Assembly: GCA_040357565.1 (NCBI GenBank)
Contig: JBDODJ010000055.1
Source: Cercozoa sp. M6MM
Lineage: Eukaryota > Protista > Endomyxa: Ascetosporea
Reading direction: 5' to 3' (one strand)
Length of the DNA stretch: 64,000 nt
A program made the position numbers and the translations under genes. Numbering within the stretch: position 1 is the stretch's first letter; every line of letters starts with the position of its first letter. The notes beneath the pieces were generated by a model, which saw only the letters and a program-made list of their open reading frames with translations, was not told the DNA's origin and made no database searches. Positions 23,734-36,549 of this stretch are shown here, piece after piece.

Positions 23734-26700
23734 CTAACTAAATCGAAGTTGGCGTATCGCGTCGCCAAGCCCAACCGAGGCGCCGTTAGAAACCGCCGCC
23801 AATCGCATTCTTTCGCTGCTTCTCCCTGAGCCACACACACATGCGTTTAACACATACCACTGCAGTAGCATAGAAGAACAGGGTACTGGCGCTTGCGGGC
23901 GCGACGTGCGGCCTTCTTGGTATGCACCTCCTTGCGCGCCTTCTTGTTGTGCTTGGCCTACACAGAACAATCCATTAAGAGATATAGGTCATGCGAACGA
24001 CGCGAAGCAATACCTGACTAGCGCCGAGTTTGTTGTCCTCGAGCGGCGCTTCGCGGCCCAGGAGCATGGCCTCATCAGCGGCGTCGATGGCGGCGTCCAG
24101 TGCGTCGAACAGCGCGTCTTCCTCCTGCTGTTGCTCTGGCTCCGGCTCAGGCGTGTCACTCCTACTTCCACAAAACACAGGATTCGCTGGTGCAATCCTG
24201 TGTGTGCAGTTAAACAGTTTTAGTTATACGATTCAACAGGCAGTTCGTTGTCGTTGTCGGGCGCCAAGGCACTCGTGACCAACCGGGTGTCGGTGTGCGC
24301 GCCCTGGAAGACTTGTCGCTCCTGCTCGTCCAGGCCAGGAGGCGGGTGGCAGTACAGCAATGCGCCTCGCACGTAGTCTGCCAGCATGCCAGTCATTGTT
24401 AAATAACACTCGGACACTGCATGAGTCGAGTCGGGAGTGTCATACCTTTGAGTACGATTCGGCCCGCACGAGACTGGTTGGGCACTCCACCTGCGGCACG
24501 GATACAAGTCAATACCCAGAAAGAAAATCAGAGCGGACTGGGCACCCTTGCTCATCCAGTTCTTGTGTGCAGCAAGTGCACTAAGCAGGTGTCGCGGTTG
24601 CACCGTCCACGAGGCGTCTGTCTTGCCCTGAGCATGGTTGTGTAACCCCCTCCCCTTGTTGATACAGATGGCGACGAGTGTACCTCCTGGAGACGCTGCA
24701 CCTGCAGCTCGGCCGGTCGCTGCAGCCGAATGTGGTATGTCCGATCGAACACAGACGGCGCGATACGGAAGGTAACCTAGTGTGAAGTGAGGGGTAAGTT
24801 GGGTAAGGTGGTGTAAGGTGGGGTAAAATGGGCCAGGGCAGGGTACCACACGGGTAGGCTCCACAACGTCGCGCAGCTGATCGATCGGCAGAACGCCAGC
24901 GCACACCAGGTCGGCCTTGGTGGCCATGAAGGTCGGGAATACGAGACCCGGACAGTCGCACACAGTGAGGGGCCAGTCCTTGCCGGGTGTCTCCTCTGCG
25001 GTGCGGTACAGGGTAGGCAGGTGGGTAGGGAGGCAGGTAGGTAGGCAAGTAGGTAGGAAGGTCGGTGTGTACGAGTAACGCACCAGCAGGCAGCACAAAG
25101 GTCTGCAGGAACTTGGTCTTGCCGGGCGTGCATCCCACCGCGGCCTTCTTGGCACCTAGTGGAATCGGGGGGGGGGGTAAGAGGTTAAAGAATCTGTTGC
25201 AAGGGAAGAGACAAACAAGAGCACCAAGCAGCACGTTGAGCAGCGAGGACTTGCCGACGTTGGGATAGCCGACCAGACCAACGACAAACTCCTCCTTGTG
25301 ACCACGTGCGAGACGCTCTTTCTGTTAAGGGTGAGAGTAAGGCTCGGGTACACCTATAGGCAGATACACACACAAACACACATACCTGCAACTCGGCAAA
25401 GATCGACGACTGCAGCGGCGCAGCCACCTGTCACGCAAACGCACAATCATATCCCCCAGTTACCCCCTCTAACCTTCTAACCTGGGCGTACCAGGTCACG
25501 CTGACGACGCACGTAGTCGACGAGACCGTCGGCATCGAGAATGCGCACGTCCTCGTCGTCCTCTCTGCGACCACAAGACAAGATACGGCGCAGAGGTAAG
25601 GGGGAGGGGGTAAACAGCATACGAAATGTCCGTGTCCTGTGCCTGCGTCAACTGCATGGCCACTGTGATCTTCTGCTGTGAGAGCTCTCTGCATTAACAT
25701 ACAGGTCCATACGGTCTGACACATGGACGGGACATGATGTACCGCTTCGAATCGCTCGCAATGTCCAGCTTGATCTGCTCGGCCACAGCCGAGAAGAACA
25801 CGAACTGCACTCCTGTCAAGTCAAGGAGAACCCGAACATGAGAAGAAGCGTAGGTCTATCAAAGGGGAGTGTGACGCTGGTCAGCTACCGACGGATCGGA
25901 AGTGCTTGGCCCACATGCGTCGCTGCCGCTTGGACAGAAAGTCGGCCTTGTTCACCTGTAGGGAGGAGGAGTCACCTGGAGGCAGAAGGCAGCACATGCT
26001 GCAGGAAGAATACCACAAGCAAGCAGCGCTTGGCCTCGGCAATTCCGCAGTCGCGGATGGCGATCTCACGGACGTACCTGCAGGACAGCAGAAGGGTAGG
26101 GGAAAGTGGGGGTGGGGGCGATAGAAGAGATATAGGGAGAGGGGAGTACCGCTCCAGATCCTCACTGCGGAACAGCAGCGGGTTGCGCGCGTCCACGATC
26201 TGCACCAGCAGCTGACTGCGCTCCACGACGCGCCACAACTGGCGCCACACCTGCTTACGCACAAGAGCGTAAAGAGGATAAAGGGTAAAGAAGGTAGGGG
26301 TAAGGGTAAAGGGATAAGGGGTAAGGGGTGGGGGGATAAGGGCAAAGGGGTAAGGGGTAAGGGGTAAAGGGAAGAGTCCACCTCGAGGTTCTTCTCGTAC
26401 GGAGTGACTGCCATGTTGTTGGCACGCTCGGCACGCATGGCCTAAACATACAGACACACAATAAATAGATATAATAAGGCGAACAAAGGGAATAAGGGGA
26501 GGGGGTAAAGGAGGAAAGGCACACCATGGCACGCTTCCAGTCGACAAAACTGCGCGACTCGTTCTCGCGCACCTCGTCGCGCGACATGTGTCGGTGCCAT
26601 GGCGGCCGACGCGGCACCGACAGCGCCGCGTACGCGAACTGTGACAGAGACCAGTGTACATACACGTCCGCGCGGACAACATGACACATCCTACCTGTTC

Positions 26701-27189
26701 GCGCCGACGCATCTGCTCGAGTGCCTCGGCGTGCTGTTCCTCCTCAGTCGCCGCATTCTGTGTCGAGGGGGCACGGACCGGGGGGGGGGGGTATCACAGG
26801 GGTACAAGGATACCTGCACGAGCTGTGACGTGCGCTCGCTGTCAAACTGTCGCTGCTCCTGCGCCGCTGTTTCTAAAAAGTCGTCGAGTGCGGTGCGATG
26901 GGTCACACTAAGCATGCTCTCCTTCTCTGCGCACACACACATACACAGGCTGAGTTACAGACAAATAATGGTATACCGCGGGAAGGCGCCTCCGGATGCA
27001 TCTCCACATAGCGACGAGCTCGTGCACGCTCTGGACCCGAGTCACTGCGCACATGGTACTGCTAAATGAGAGACTGGAGAGGCAAGGCAACGAATGATAC
27101 GACTCGCGCTGCCCGCGCCGGTCGCGCTGTCGCAGCTGCTTGTGAATTCGACGACCTAAGGCGCCGGTGGGGCGCGCGTTCTTTGGCAT
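23734..27189 (-). CDS. LSG1: Large subunit GTPase 1 (60S export/maturation)
   Basis: VTPYEKNLEVWRQLWRVVERSQLLVQIVDARNPLLFRSEDLE, VNKADFL, VGLVGYPNVGKSSLLN, TPGKTK, CDCPGLVFPTF, GVLPIDQLRD, DYVRGALLYCHPPPG. 3' end approximate. Confidence 0.93.
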
Positions 27190-27345
27190 TATGCCTGATG
27201 TCACTCCTACACACGTTGCAGTGACAAAAAAGCCTTCAATCACGTCATGAATTTTCGACTCTGCGTTGAGCCGATACGAGCCGAGAAACCGTCCCTCTAT
27301 TTTCAGTTTTCGCGCAAATTTACCGCAACACACTGCAATAACGGC
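27190..27345. promoter_or_regulatory. Short bidirectional promoter (LSG1 / class II RNR) with E2F-like TTTTCGCGCAAA at ~27307-27318
   Basis: Divergent starts 156 bp apart; the motif matches TTTSSCGC. Confidence 0.45.
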
Positions 27346-27934
27346 ATGAAAACAATGCTGGCACGTGGATTTAGGGCAAGGTATGCAGGCTTGGATTGCG
27401 TTTCTGAAAAATATTATCCAATGATGATTAAATGAGGCTGAAAAACAAAATTGTGTCTGCTGACTCAGGCACCCGCAGTGCCTGTCATTGGCGCGAGTGT
27501 TCAGCACCGAGCCTGATGCATTCGAGGATTCGGGTGTCAATCGGTACGAATACATTCGAGTATCTCTTACCTCATCAATGGATGTCTCGTTTCCGAAGGA
27601 GGTTTGCGCTGTCCAAGGCCTTCCTGGACAAGTACAAAAACACACCGCCGCCGTTTGGCTTCAACGGGCTCGGTGAGTTTGTGTACCGTCGCACGTACAG
27701 CCGCATGAAGGACGACGGCACGCAGGAAGAGTGGTACGAGACCGTGGCACGTGTCGTCAACGGCACCTACAACATGCAGAAGCAGTAGATTGTTCTAACC
27801 TTGTGTCGCTTGAGGGCACAGAAGAAGGTGTTTGTATCTGTGTGCAGATGGATCGACGATCACAATCTCGGCTGGGATCCTACCAAGGCGCGCAAGTACC
27901 TTTGCACTCTTGCTGTGTCTTGGTGACTGTACTG

Positions 27935-28019
<85 letters not shown>

Positions 28020-31000
28020 ATGCGCGCATGCGAATTTACATAGCTCCAGCAGTTGCGACTACATCCACACGGTCGGTATANNNNNNNNNNNNNNNNNNNN
28101 NNNNNNNNNNNNNNNNNNNNNNNNNNNNNNNNNNNNNNNNNNNNNNNNNNNNNNNNNNNNNNNNNNNNNNNNNNNNNNNNGTGTGTGTGTGTGTGTGTGT
28201 GTGTGTTGTGTGTGTGTGATACAGGTCTGCCCAGGAGATGTACAAGCGCATGTTTGAGATGAAGTTTCTGCCTCCCGGACGAGGTCTCTGGGCCATGGGT
28301 ACAAACGCTTCTGCAGCCTGAGATATTCACTCCGTGATGTGTGTCCTTACTGCAGGGAGTCCTCTCACCACCGAGCGTGGTCTCTACGCCGTACGTTTGT
28401 TCCGTTCATTCCCTAGTCTTGTCGGGTTAAAGATGTGATGTATACACCACTCAAACAGGCACTCAACAACTGCGCTTTCGTATCGACCAGCGATCTCGGC
28501 AAGGAGCCTATCAAGCCCTTTGGTATGGTTCACAGTCGAGTTTGTTTCCTGTCTACCTGTTCTTCTCGGGTAATTGTCTGTGCAGCCTTCCTGATGGACG
28601 CTTCCATGCTCGGCGTTGGCGTCGGCTTTGATGTAGCAGTGTTCCCTCCCTTTGATACCTCCCGATGTCCGAGATTCCGACGTACAGACCAAGGGTGCCG
28701 GCACCGTCGTGGTCAAAGGCGTCAGTGAAAGTAGCTTTCATTCCTTGACCGGGGAGTGAAGGGGCAAAGGGGTTATTTGTTGCCGCTACGTGCAGGCATG
28801 TCGACGCGCATCTACAAGGTGCCCGACTCGCGCGAGGGCTGGGTCATGGCACTGCGGTACGCTGCACGTGCTCATTGTGTGATCACTGACTGACCACTGA
28901 CTGACACTCTGACCGTGTAGCAAGTTGTTGGAGTCGCACTTCTGTCACCGGGCGCCCGTCGAGTTCGACTTCTCGCTGGTGCGTTTCCGCTCTTGGAATG
29001 GTCTGTTTGGACCGCTGTGCGTCCACCTGGACCGTCTGTTTGGACTGTCCAGCTGGTGTTTGTGTCCTTTGTACAACCTATTCCGGGACACAGATCCGCA
29101 AGGCCGGCGAGCCGATCCACGGCTTTGGCGGCGTTGCCAGGTACAGCACCACGCAGACTGAGTGAATGAGTGATCGCACGTGGCTGATCGCACGCGGGCG
29201 GTGGAGTGCCCGCATGGGTGACCACTTAGGTTACCACTGGAGTGACCTCTCTTTTGGGCAGTGGACCGGAGCCGTTGCAGACGCTGCTGCGCGAGACGGA
29301 CGAACTGCTGCGACAGAGACGACAGGAGGCACTCACGGCCACCGACATTGTCGACATCGTACCTCTGCCACAATGCCACTGTGCGTGTGGCTACTACTGT
29401 GGCTACTACTGCCTGTGTGCCTGGCGACCTGACTATTTTCTGTCCCTATGTCTGTATGGACGGTACACTTTGTACAGATGAACCTCATCGGACGCTGCGT
29501 CGTCAGTGGCAACGTTCGACGCTCCGCCGAGATCGCATTTGGCGACATCCACGTATTNNNNNNNNNNNNNNNNNNNNNNNNNNNNNNNNNNNNNNNNNNN
29601 NNNNNNNNNNNNNNNNNNNNNNNNNNNNNNNNNNNNNNNNNNNNNNNNNNNNNNNNNCCCGTAGGACGAGGAGTACCTGCACCTGAAGGACTACGAGCGT
29701 AATCCGCGTCGTCTTGCCTTTGGCTGGGTCTCCAACAACTCCGTCTTTGCTCGGTACACCCTTTCCCCTACCCCTTACCCTCTTTAACCCTCGGCCCCTA
29801 CTTGCCTGGATAGAGCGGGTGACGACTACACCGATGTTGCCAGACGCATTTGCGACAATGGCGAGCCTGGGTAAACTCCTTGCCCCCTTTACCTGCCCCC
29901 CGTATACTTGTCCCCTTTTAGACTCGCGTGGCTTGACAACATGCGCGAGTACTCTCGCATGCGGGTATGTGTCCAGTGGCTGGCGGTTGGTTTGCATGGG
30001 TTGGCACGTGCGTGAGTTTCCACCTGTGACACGTGTGTGTGTTGTGTGTGTGTGTTGTGTGTGTGTGTGTGTTGTGTGTGTGTGTGTGTGTTGTGTGTGT
30101 TGTGTGTATGTTGTGTGTGTGTGTGTTGTGTGTGTTTGTTGTGTGTGTGTTGTGAGTGTGTATGTTTGTGTGTGGATGTATGTGGTGTGTGACTATGTGA
30201 CTGTGGATCGGTACAGGACTCGGAGCGCGACCTTAAGGACCTCAAGGCCTGCGGCGGCAACCCTTGTCTAGAGCAGACACTCGGTACTTACTCTCCCTGG
30301 CCTCTTTACCCCCTTTAACCCTACCCCTTTAACCCTACCCCTTTACCCCTACTTCTTTACCCTTTAACCCCCGATAGAGAGCTTCGAGCTGTGCTGCCTG
30401 GTGGAGACGTTTCCCTGTCGACACGAGGACCTGGACGACTACCTCAAGTAGCGAGCATACACATTGGGACCTGAGTGACCACGTGACCACCAATGTGGCC
30501 ACCCATGTGACCGCGAATGTGATCATTCAGTATGTACGTGCGTCTGTGTGTGTGTGTGACTGAGGTAGGACACTCAAGTACGCCTACCTGTACGCCAAGA
30601 CCGTCACGCTCGGACAGACGCACTGGCCCGACACGAACCGCGTCATGCTGCGCAACCGTCGCATTGGGTATTCCCCACTGACTGACTGGCTGGGTGGTCA
30701 CGTGACTACTGTGACCGTGTGACCCTTATCACGTGGAGTTGCACATGCGCAGCTGCTCAATGTCGGGCATCCAGCAGTTCGTGGCCAGCAAGGAGCCAGG
30801 CAAGGGCCTGCACGGACTCAAGCAGTGGTGCGAGGCCGGTTTCGACACTGTCCAGGCGTACTCATGTCCTGTCCTGTCCTGTCCATATCTGTCCTGTCCA
30901 TATCTGTCCTGTCCATATCTGTCCTGTCCATATCTGTTCTGTCTATCTGTCCTCATATCTATCTTGTGTGTATGTATGTTTTTGGACAGAACGGACGCCA

Positions 31001-31916
31001 AACTGAGCGATCTGTTCGCGATTCCGCGCAGTCGCAAGACCACGTCGGTGAAGCCGTCGGGCACTGTGTCGCTCCTGGCCGGTGCCACGCCTGGTATCTA
31101 CCCAGTCTCTGAGTGGGGTGGGAGTTTATCCCCTTTCCCGGTAGGTATGCACTGGCCAGAGTCGCGCTTCTACATTCGTCGTGTCGGTACTCCCCTTTTA
31201 CCCCCTATCCCTCTACACCATTGTGGATGTACCTGTGTCTGTGAGTGTACAGTAGTGGCCAAGAACTCGCCGCTGCTGCAGCCGATGCAAGATGCCGGCT
31301 ACACCATTGTGGATGTACCTGTGTCTTTTCCCCCCCCCCCCCCCCCCGACCCTTGCTATGTCATCCTGTTCCTTTGACAGAGTGTCTACGATACCAATGC
31401 GTGCGTTGTTGAGTTCCCCGTCGATGTTGGCGAGGTAATCCACTCTCCCCCCTGTCCCCTTGTCCACAAGTACTGTATTCACACAGGGAGTGCGACCGCA
31501 GTCAGAAGTTTCGCTGTGGGAACAGGTACTTTCTTCCCATAACCCTATACCCCGTATACCTATACTCCTATACTTATATACCCCTATACCTATATACCTC
31601 TACCCCATACCTGTAGACCCCTATACCCCTATACACTCCTATACTCCAATGCATACTCTGGACCCACGTTCATCCTTATACCTCCCCCGATACGCAGTTG
31701 TGTATGGCGTCGTTCCTGCAACACAACTGGGCCGATAACCAGGTATCTATTTGTCCCTCTTGGGTTCTGCCTTCTGGTACTCCCCCCCCCCCTAGGTGAG
31801 TTGCACGGTGACGTTCGACCCCGAAAAGGAAGGCGCGCAGTTGCCGCACGCCATCGAGCACTTTCAGTACTCTGTACGTTGCCTTATCCCTCCCCCTTCA
31901 TGTGTTACTGTGTGTG

Positions 31917-31986
<70 letters not shown>

Positions 31987-32363
31987 ACAGTTGAAGGGCG
32001 TGTCCTTCCTTCCGCGTCGCGACAACGTGTACGAGCAGATGCCGTATGAACCCATCTCGCCCGAGGTAGCACTAGCACACTGCCTTCACTGGTCGTCGTA
32101 TGTAATGTACTGCACTGAGATATTCTGCCTGCAGGAGTACGAGCGTCGTCTGGCGCTGCTGTCGACGCCGCACTTTGCTGACACTGCGCGTTCCTCCGAC
32201 GACTACGTTGCTGGTACGTCATCTGTCCTCTTATATGCCTTGCACTCAAGTTTTACCCCGCGCCGCCTGGTCAGACAAGTTCTGCGACGGACAGACATGC
32301 GAGATTCCGCAGGTAGCCGCTGAACGCAAGTGTGAGGAGGAGACCGACACCATGCCGCAATGA
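27346..32363 (+). CDS. nrdJ: Class II (adenosylcobalamin-dependent, monomeric RTPR/NrdJ-type) ribonucleotide reductase, ~30 introns
   Basis: Spliced: [51 protein letters not shown]|[65 protein letters not shown] (thiyl-radical Cys), [26 protein letters not shown]|VSCTVTF, YEQMPYE, C-terminal [11 protein letters not shown]. Confidence 0.95.
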
Positions 32364-32379
32364 CCGGCGTTAAGTAACA

Positions 32380-32448
32380 TTAGTTAGTTAGTTCAGTCCA
32401 CTTAGAAACCAACTATGCATCGTATCGTATGCCTGTACCAGTCCTGGG
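32380..32448. repeat. Dispersed ~55-nt element, copy B
   Basis: tagttagttagttcagtccacttagaaaccaactatg...cctgtaccagtcctgggg. Confidence 0.75.
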
Positions 32449-32730
32449 GCGCACGGCACGTGGGGTCAGAAGTCTAGTGACGTGACAAACGACACCATCG
32501 TCGCGTTGCAATTGCCTTGTTGTGTGGTGCATGTACCGAAGTTCGGTTTAGTTGCTTGCAACTGACAAGTTGTCATGAACCGTGCCTGTTTACCGAGGGA
32601 TAAATTTACAGTAACTATTGTACCTGTACAGTCGTCGAGTGAACCCACCGGCAGCCCTTGTGCTGCAGCCGGCAGGATACAGTATACTATACGGCCATTA
32701 GGCTGGTCATGCGACTCGTTTGATGATACA

Positions 32731-32788
32731 GTAGTTATTGTAGTTCAGACTACTAAGAAACCAACTATGTAGTTACCTTGTACCAGTA
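32731..32788. repeat. Dispersed ~55-nt element, copy C
   Basis: gtagttattgtagttcagactactaagaaaccaactatgtagttaccttgtaccagt. Confidence 0.75.
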
Positions 32789-32789
32789 A

Positions 32790-32867
32790 CTACTCCGTCA
32801 CGGCGTCTACCTTAGTGTGGACCTCATGGACGGCGCACTCTGCCTGTTCGCTGATCGACAATGCTGC

Positions 32868-32934
<67 letters not shown>

Positions 32935-32944
32935 NNNNNNNNNN

Positions 32945-32992
<48 letters not shown>

Positions 32993-35900
32993 ACATCACA
33001 TCACATCACATCACATCACATCACATCACATCACATCATGTACGATACCATACGATGAGCGCTGCTACCACAGATAATGTGACAAGCTAGATTACCGATA
33101 CGCCCAACGTCCCCAGAAGGCGTAGCCCAGTGCAAACGCGAGTAGCATAAGCCCGCACACCAAGGCGAATATCGTATCGACGGCGCTCGCCGCAGGATCG
33201 TCCATGTGCGCCAGTAGCAACGTCGACATCGTCAAGGTCGCCAACTGAAAGAAAAGACACTGTATTCGTGCGTTGACGGACCACGCTGAGACGGCGTACA
33301 GTGAGGGCAATGTGCGTTCGAGGACCACGCTGAGCTCGCAGCAGAAGCCACACCTGCAGAAAGCAGAAGAAAAAGAGAGCTCCGCCCACAAAGTTAAGCG
33401 CCGATGCCGAAGTCGTGGGTCCCTGGGGTCATGACACAGTGTGCGAGTATTCTCTCACACGTCTGCAGTGTATGTACCGCAGAGGAGGCATCCAGGAGTA
33501 CGACACCAGTGATGACCTGCACGAGGAACTGTAGCAGCCAGAGGTACACGATACGTCGCTGCCAGCGACGCGGCAGTGGCTTCCACAGGTGTACTGGCAG
33601 TGGCACCAGCTGCGCTTCTTCCAGTCGCCCACCTTTGGCAACACCTGCAGCTGCCTCGGCACGCTCCTCTTCGGGGTAGTAGCCTTCGGCACGAGCGGCC
33701 GCTTTCTCTGCCTCGGTCGGGACGGGCAGACTCACCAGGGCGCGCAGTGGCTGGATTGGGACAGAAGGCCGCCTGCGCGGAAAGCCGGCTGCGAAGCGCA
33801 CTTGTATGCGCGGCGACAAGGCAAAATCTTCGGGTAGCTGGTCGACGACTCCACCGGCAAGTCGAAGCCAGCGGGTCTCCTCAAAGTCAATGCCCCAGGG
33901 AAGTCGCGGTGATAGCAGTGGCGTCACGATAGTGCCTATAAGGTTCTGCGACGACAGTTGCACTGCAGAAACCAAACATATGCACACCTTACAGAATACC
34001 GGAACCCAACCGAGAAAGTTACGGATGCGCAGCTCGAGCACGCTGCCAGAGGGGACGTGTTCGAAGGTGGTAGCCTGAGGCGACGCGATTGGATTCATGC
34101 ACACGGCCGACAAGGGCCGTGCCGCCACACCACCGCCTCGCATGCCAGCAGCGTCGTATGAGCCACCCTGTTCATACTGGAGTATAAGTTTATGTACAGA
34201 GGCACAAAGGCGGGTGTTCTGCACCTGCTCATTGGCGTTGTACTGCGCGTTTGGTTGCTGGTAGTTTGGTTGCTGGTAGTTTGGTTGCTGGTAGCTTGGT
34301 TGCTGCTGGCCAGGTTGTGACAGAGGAGGAGGCTGTTGCTGTGCATATGCACCACTGGCCTGTTGTTGTGTCGCGTACTGATCGTAGCCGTATGTTTGGG
34401 ACTGCTGCTGCTGCTGCTGCACTTGCTGTTGTTGCATAGCAGTTTCATCTTCTTCTCTGCTGGGAGGCCAGTGTGGATGCACTTTGCCAAACACGAGAAT
34501 GTCGGCATCTGGCACTGGTTGCATATCCCTAACACTGAGAAGCCACACGCGCATGCTCGCGTCAGGCGCTCGTAAGTCACCTGCCAAGCACAACCTCACA
34601 AACCTGCCTTTCCGACACTTATGCGTGGCAGCACAAAAGCATACCACGGCCAGACGGGAGACGACTTGAGCGCACGGACTCGGGACTTTCAAAAAGTGCT
34701 TGCACGCGCACGCGGAGTCGCGGCGGTGGCTGTGAAGGGTCCAGTTGTAGTGCCGACACGGGGAACTCGCCTTCGATGACAAAATCGTGCTGCTGCATCC
34801 ACTCAACCTGCTTGCTGGGAGGACACACGCCAATCTCCACGGTGGCAGGCGTCGGCTGGTCGCGCAAGACCACGGCAAGCGTCAACACCTCGGTCGCCGC
34901 GCAATCTTCAATCTCGATGGTGCCTCCCAATTGCGGCAGAAACTGTGCCTGCAGCAGTGCCGGCGCCTGTGCAGCGCGGTAGGACAGCTTCCAGTCCGTG
35001 TCGTACTGCCCGTGCAGATCGGGAGCGTCCACTATCGTCACCAACACTTTCGAACATCTACGTGATCACATCACACAGAGGTTATCGTTCGTGTGTCACT
35101 TCAAAAGAAAAAGCGTTGCACTCACCGAGGAGGTTCTTCGGGAATGCCGCCGAGAGGCTCTGGGACAGTGCCATCAGCTGCTATTGCACCCGTGTCGAAC
35201 ATCTACAAGAAGGAATAAAACACTCACTTGATCCGAAGGAGAGGGAGAGGGGTAGAGAGAGAAGGAGGGAGATGGAATGATCGACGTACGTATTCTGGAA
35301 CGTTGTGTCCGTACGGAACAGGTGGCTGAGGTATTTGAACAGGTGCCGCAAAGCCAGGGAGTTGCGGTGGAGCTGCAACCTGAGGCTGCTGTTCCGGCTG
35401 CTCCTGCAAGAAGGCTTGCTGTGCCGACGTCAAACCCGCTTGCTGCATGCCTTCCATGCCGACTCCAGTGCTCGCGAACGCCGGCGGTGCCTGCTGTGCC
35501 TGTGCCGGACCGGTGGCTCCTTGACCTCCAAACTGAGCACCCTCGTAGCCATGTGCCGGAACACCTGGTATCCCGCTCTGCGCTTGTTCAACGCCGAGCT
35601 GTGGCTGCTCCATGCCTGGCTGTGTGGCTCCAACTTGAGTGCCTTCTTCAACACCTTGCTGCTGCATACCCTGAGGCTGAGGCGCGTATGGTGCTTCAGC
35701 TGCACCTTGTCGTGCGTACTCTGTTGTTGCGCCGGGAGTACCATACTGCCCGGTAGCTTGTGTGCCTTGCACACCTGCCGGGACGCCGGCGTTAACCGCA
35801 TTTCTGGCAGCAGGAGGCACGCCGCTGCCTCCGCGTAACTCACCGACAAAATCGACACTGACTCGCAGCATGAGCGACATAGAGGGACCGTCTTTTTTGG

Positions 35901-36549
35901 TGTTCTCCAGTGACACGTAGTGCGAGGAGTTTTTGCGACCCCACTCTGTTCGTACAGTGCCCGACCATTAAATCACAAGTTTTGCAAACTAAAGAAGCGA
36001 ACACAAGCAAAGGAGCAATTTACCAGAGCTCGGAGTATCGAAGATGTCCTCAAGCGTGGCAGAAAGAAAGCGTGCTACAACCTGTCTTTTTCTCGAGCTG
36101 CTATTGTATCTCGTGCCGTCGTTGCTCGCGCTGACCGCAGGCGCTCGCGTGACAACCACTTGCAGTCGTTGCTTTCGACGTGCATGCGGAAAGACAGATT
36201 GAAGCTTCTTCTCGCTGCCCATTGCAAGAGGCCACCGGAAGGCTGTCTCCGAAGTTGAGGTCGGTGACAGGCGCAAGTGCGCCAGCCACTGTTGACTCTG
36301 TGACAGGTGCGCGCTGTTCTCGCATCTCAGCTCCGCAAATCTCACTGTTGTACGAGCCGTTGGATTTCGCCGACGACTCATGCTTTCCGAGTAGCCACAG
36401 GAGTTGCAACGCGCTTCGCCACTGCTGCACGCCCAAACTTGGACGTAAGCTAAGGGGCATCAAACTCCGTCGACGCTTAAGGGTAGTTCAGTTGCATCTC
36501 GTGAGTACCCACACTTCGGACTTTCGTCTGACACTGAGTGGACGGCATG
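32790..36549 (-). CDS. Hypothetical multi-exon membrane protein with Q/P/G-rich tracts, C2-like beta segments and C-terminal TM helices
   Basis: ORFs 35224-35916 (Q/G/P-rich), 34619-35047, 33394-34878 (QQPNY repeats; hydrophobic IVYLWLLQFLVQVITGVVLL) and 33092-33391 (TM segments) with GT-AG junctions between them. Start uncertain. Confidence 0.55.

Noticed and set aside
26275-26372. True interstitial telomere
   Set aside because: Units are irregular and confined within introns; kept only as a telomere-like low-complexity observation.
27346-32363. Bacterial or phage contamination as the source of nrdJ or lplA
   Set aside because: Both genes are riddled with spliceosomal introns and flanked by core eukaryotic genes.
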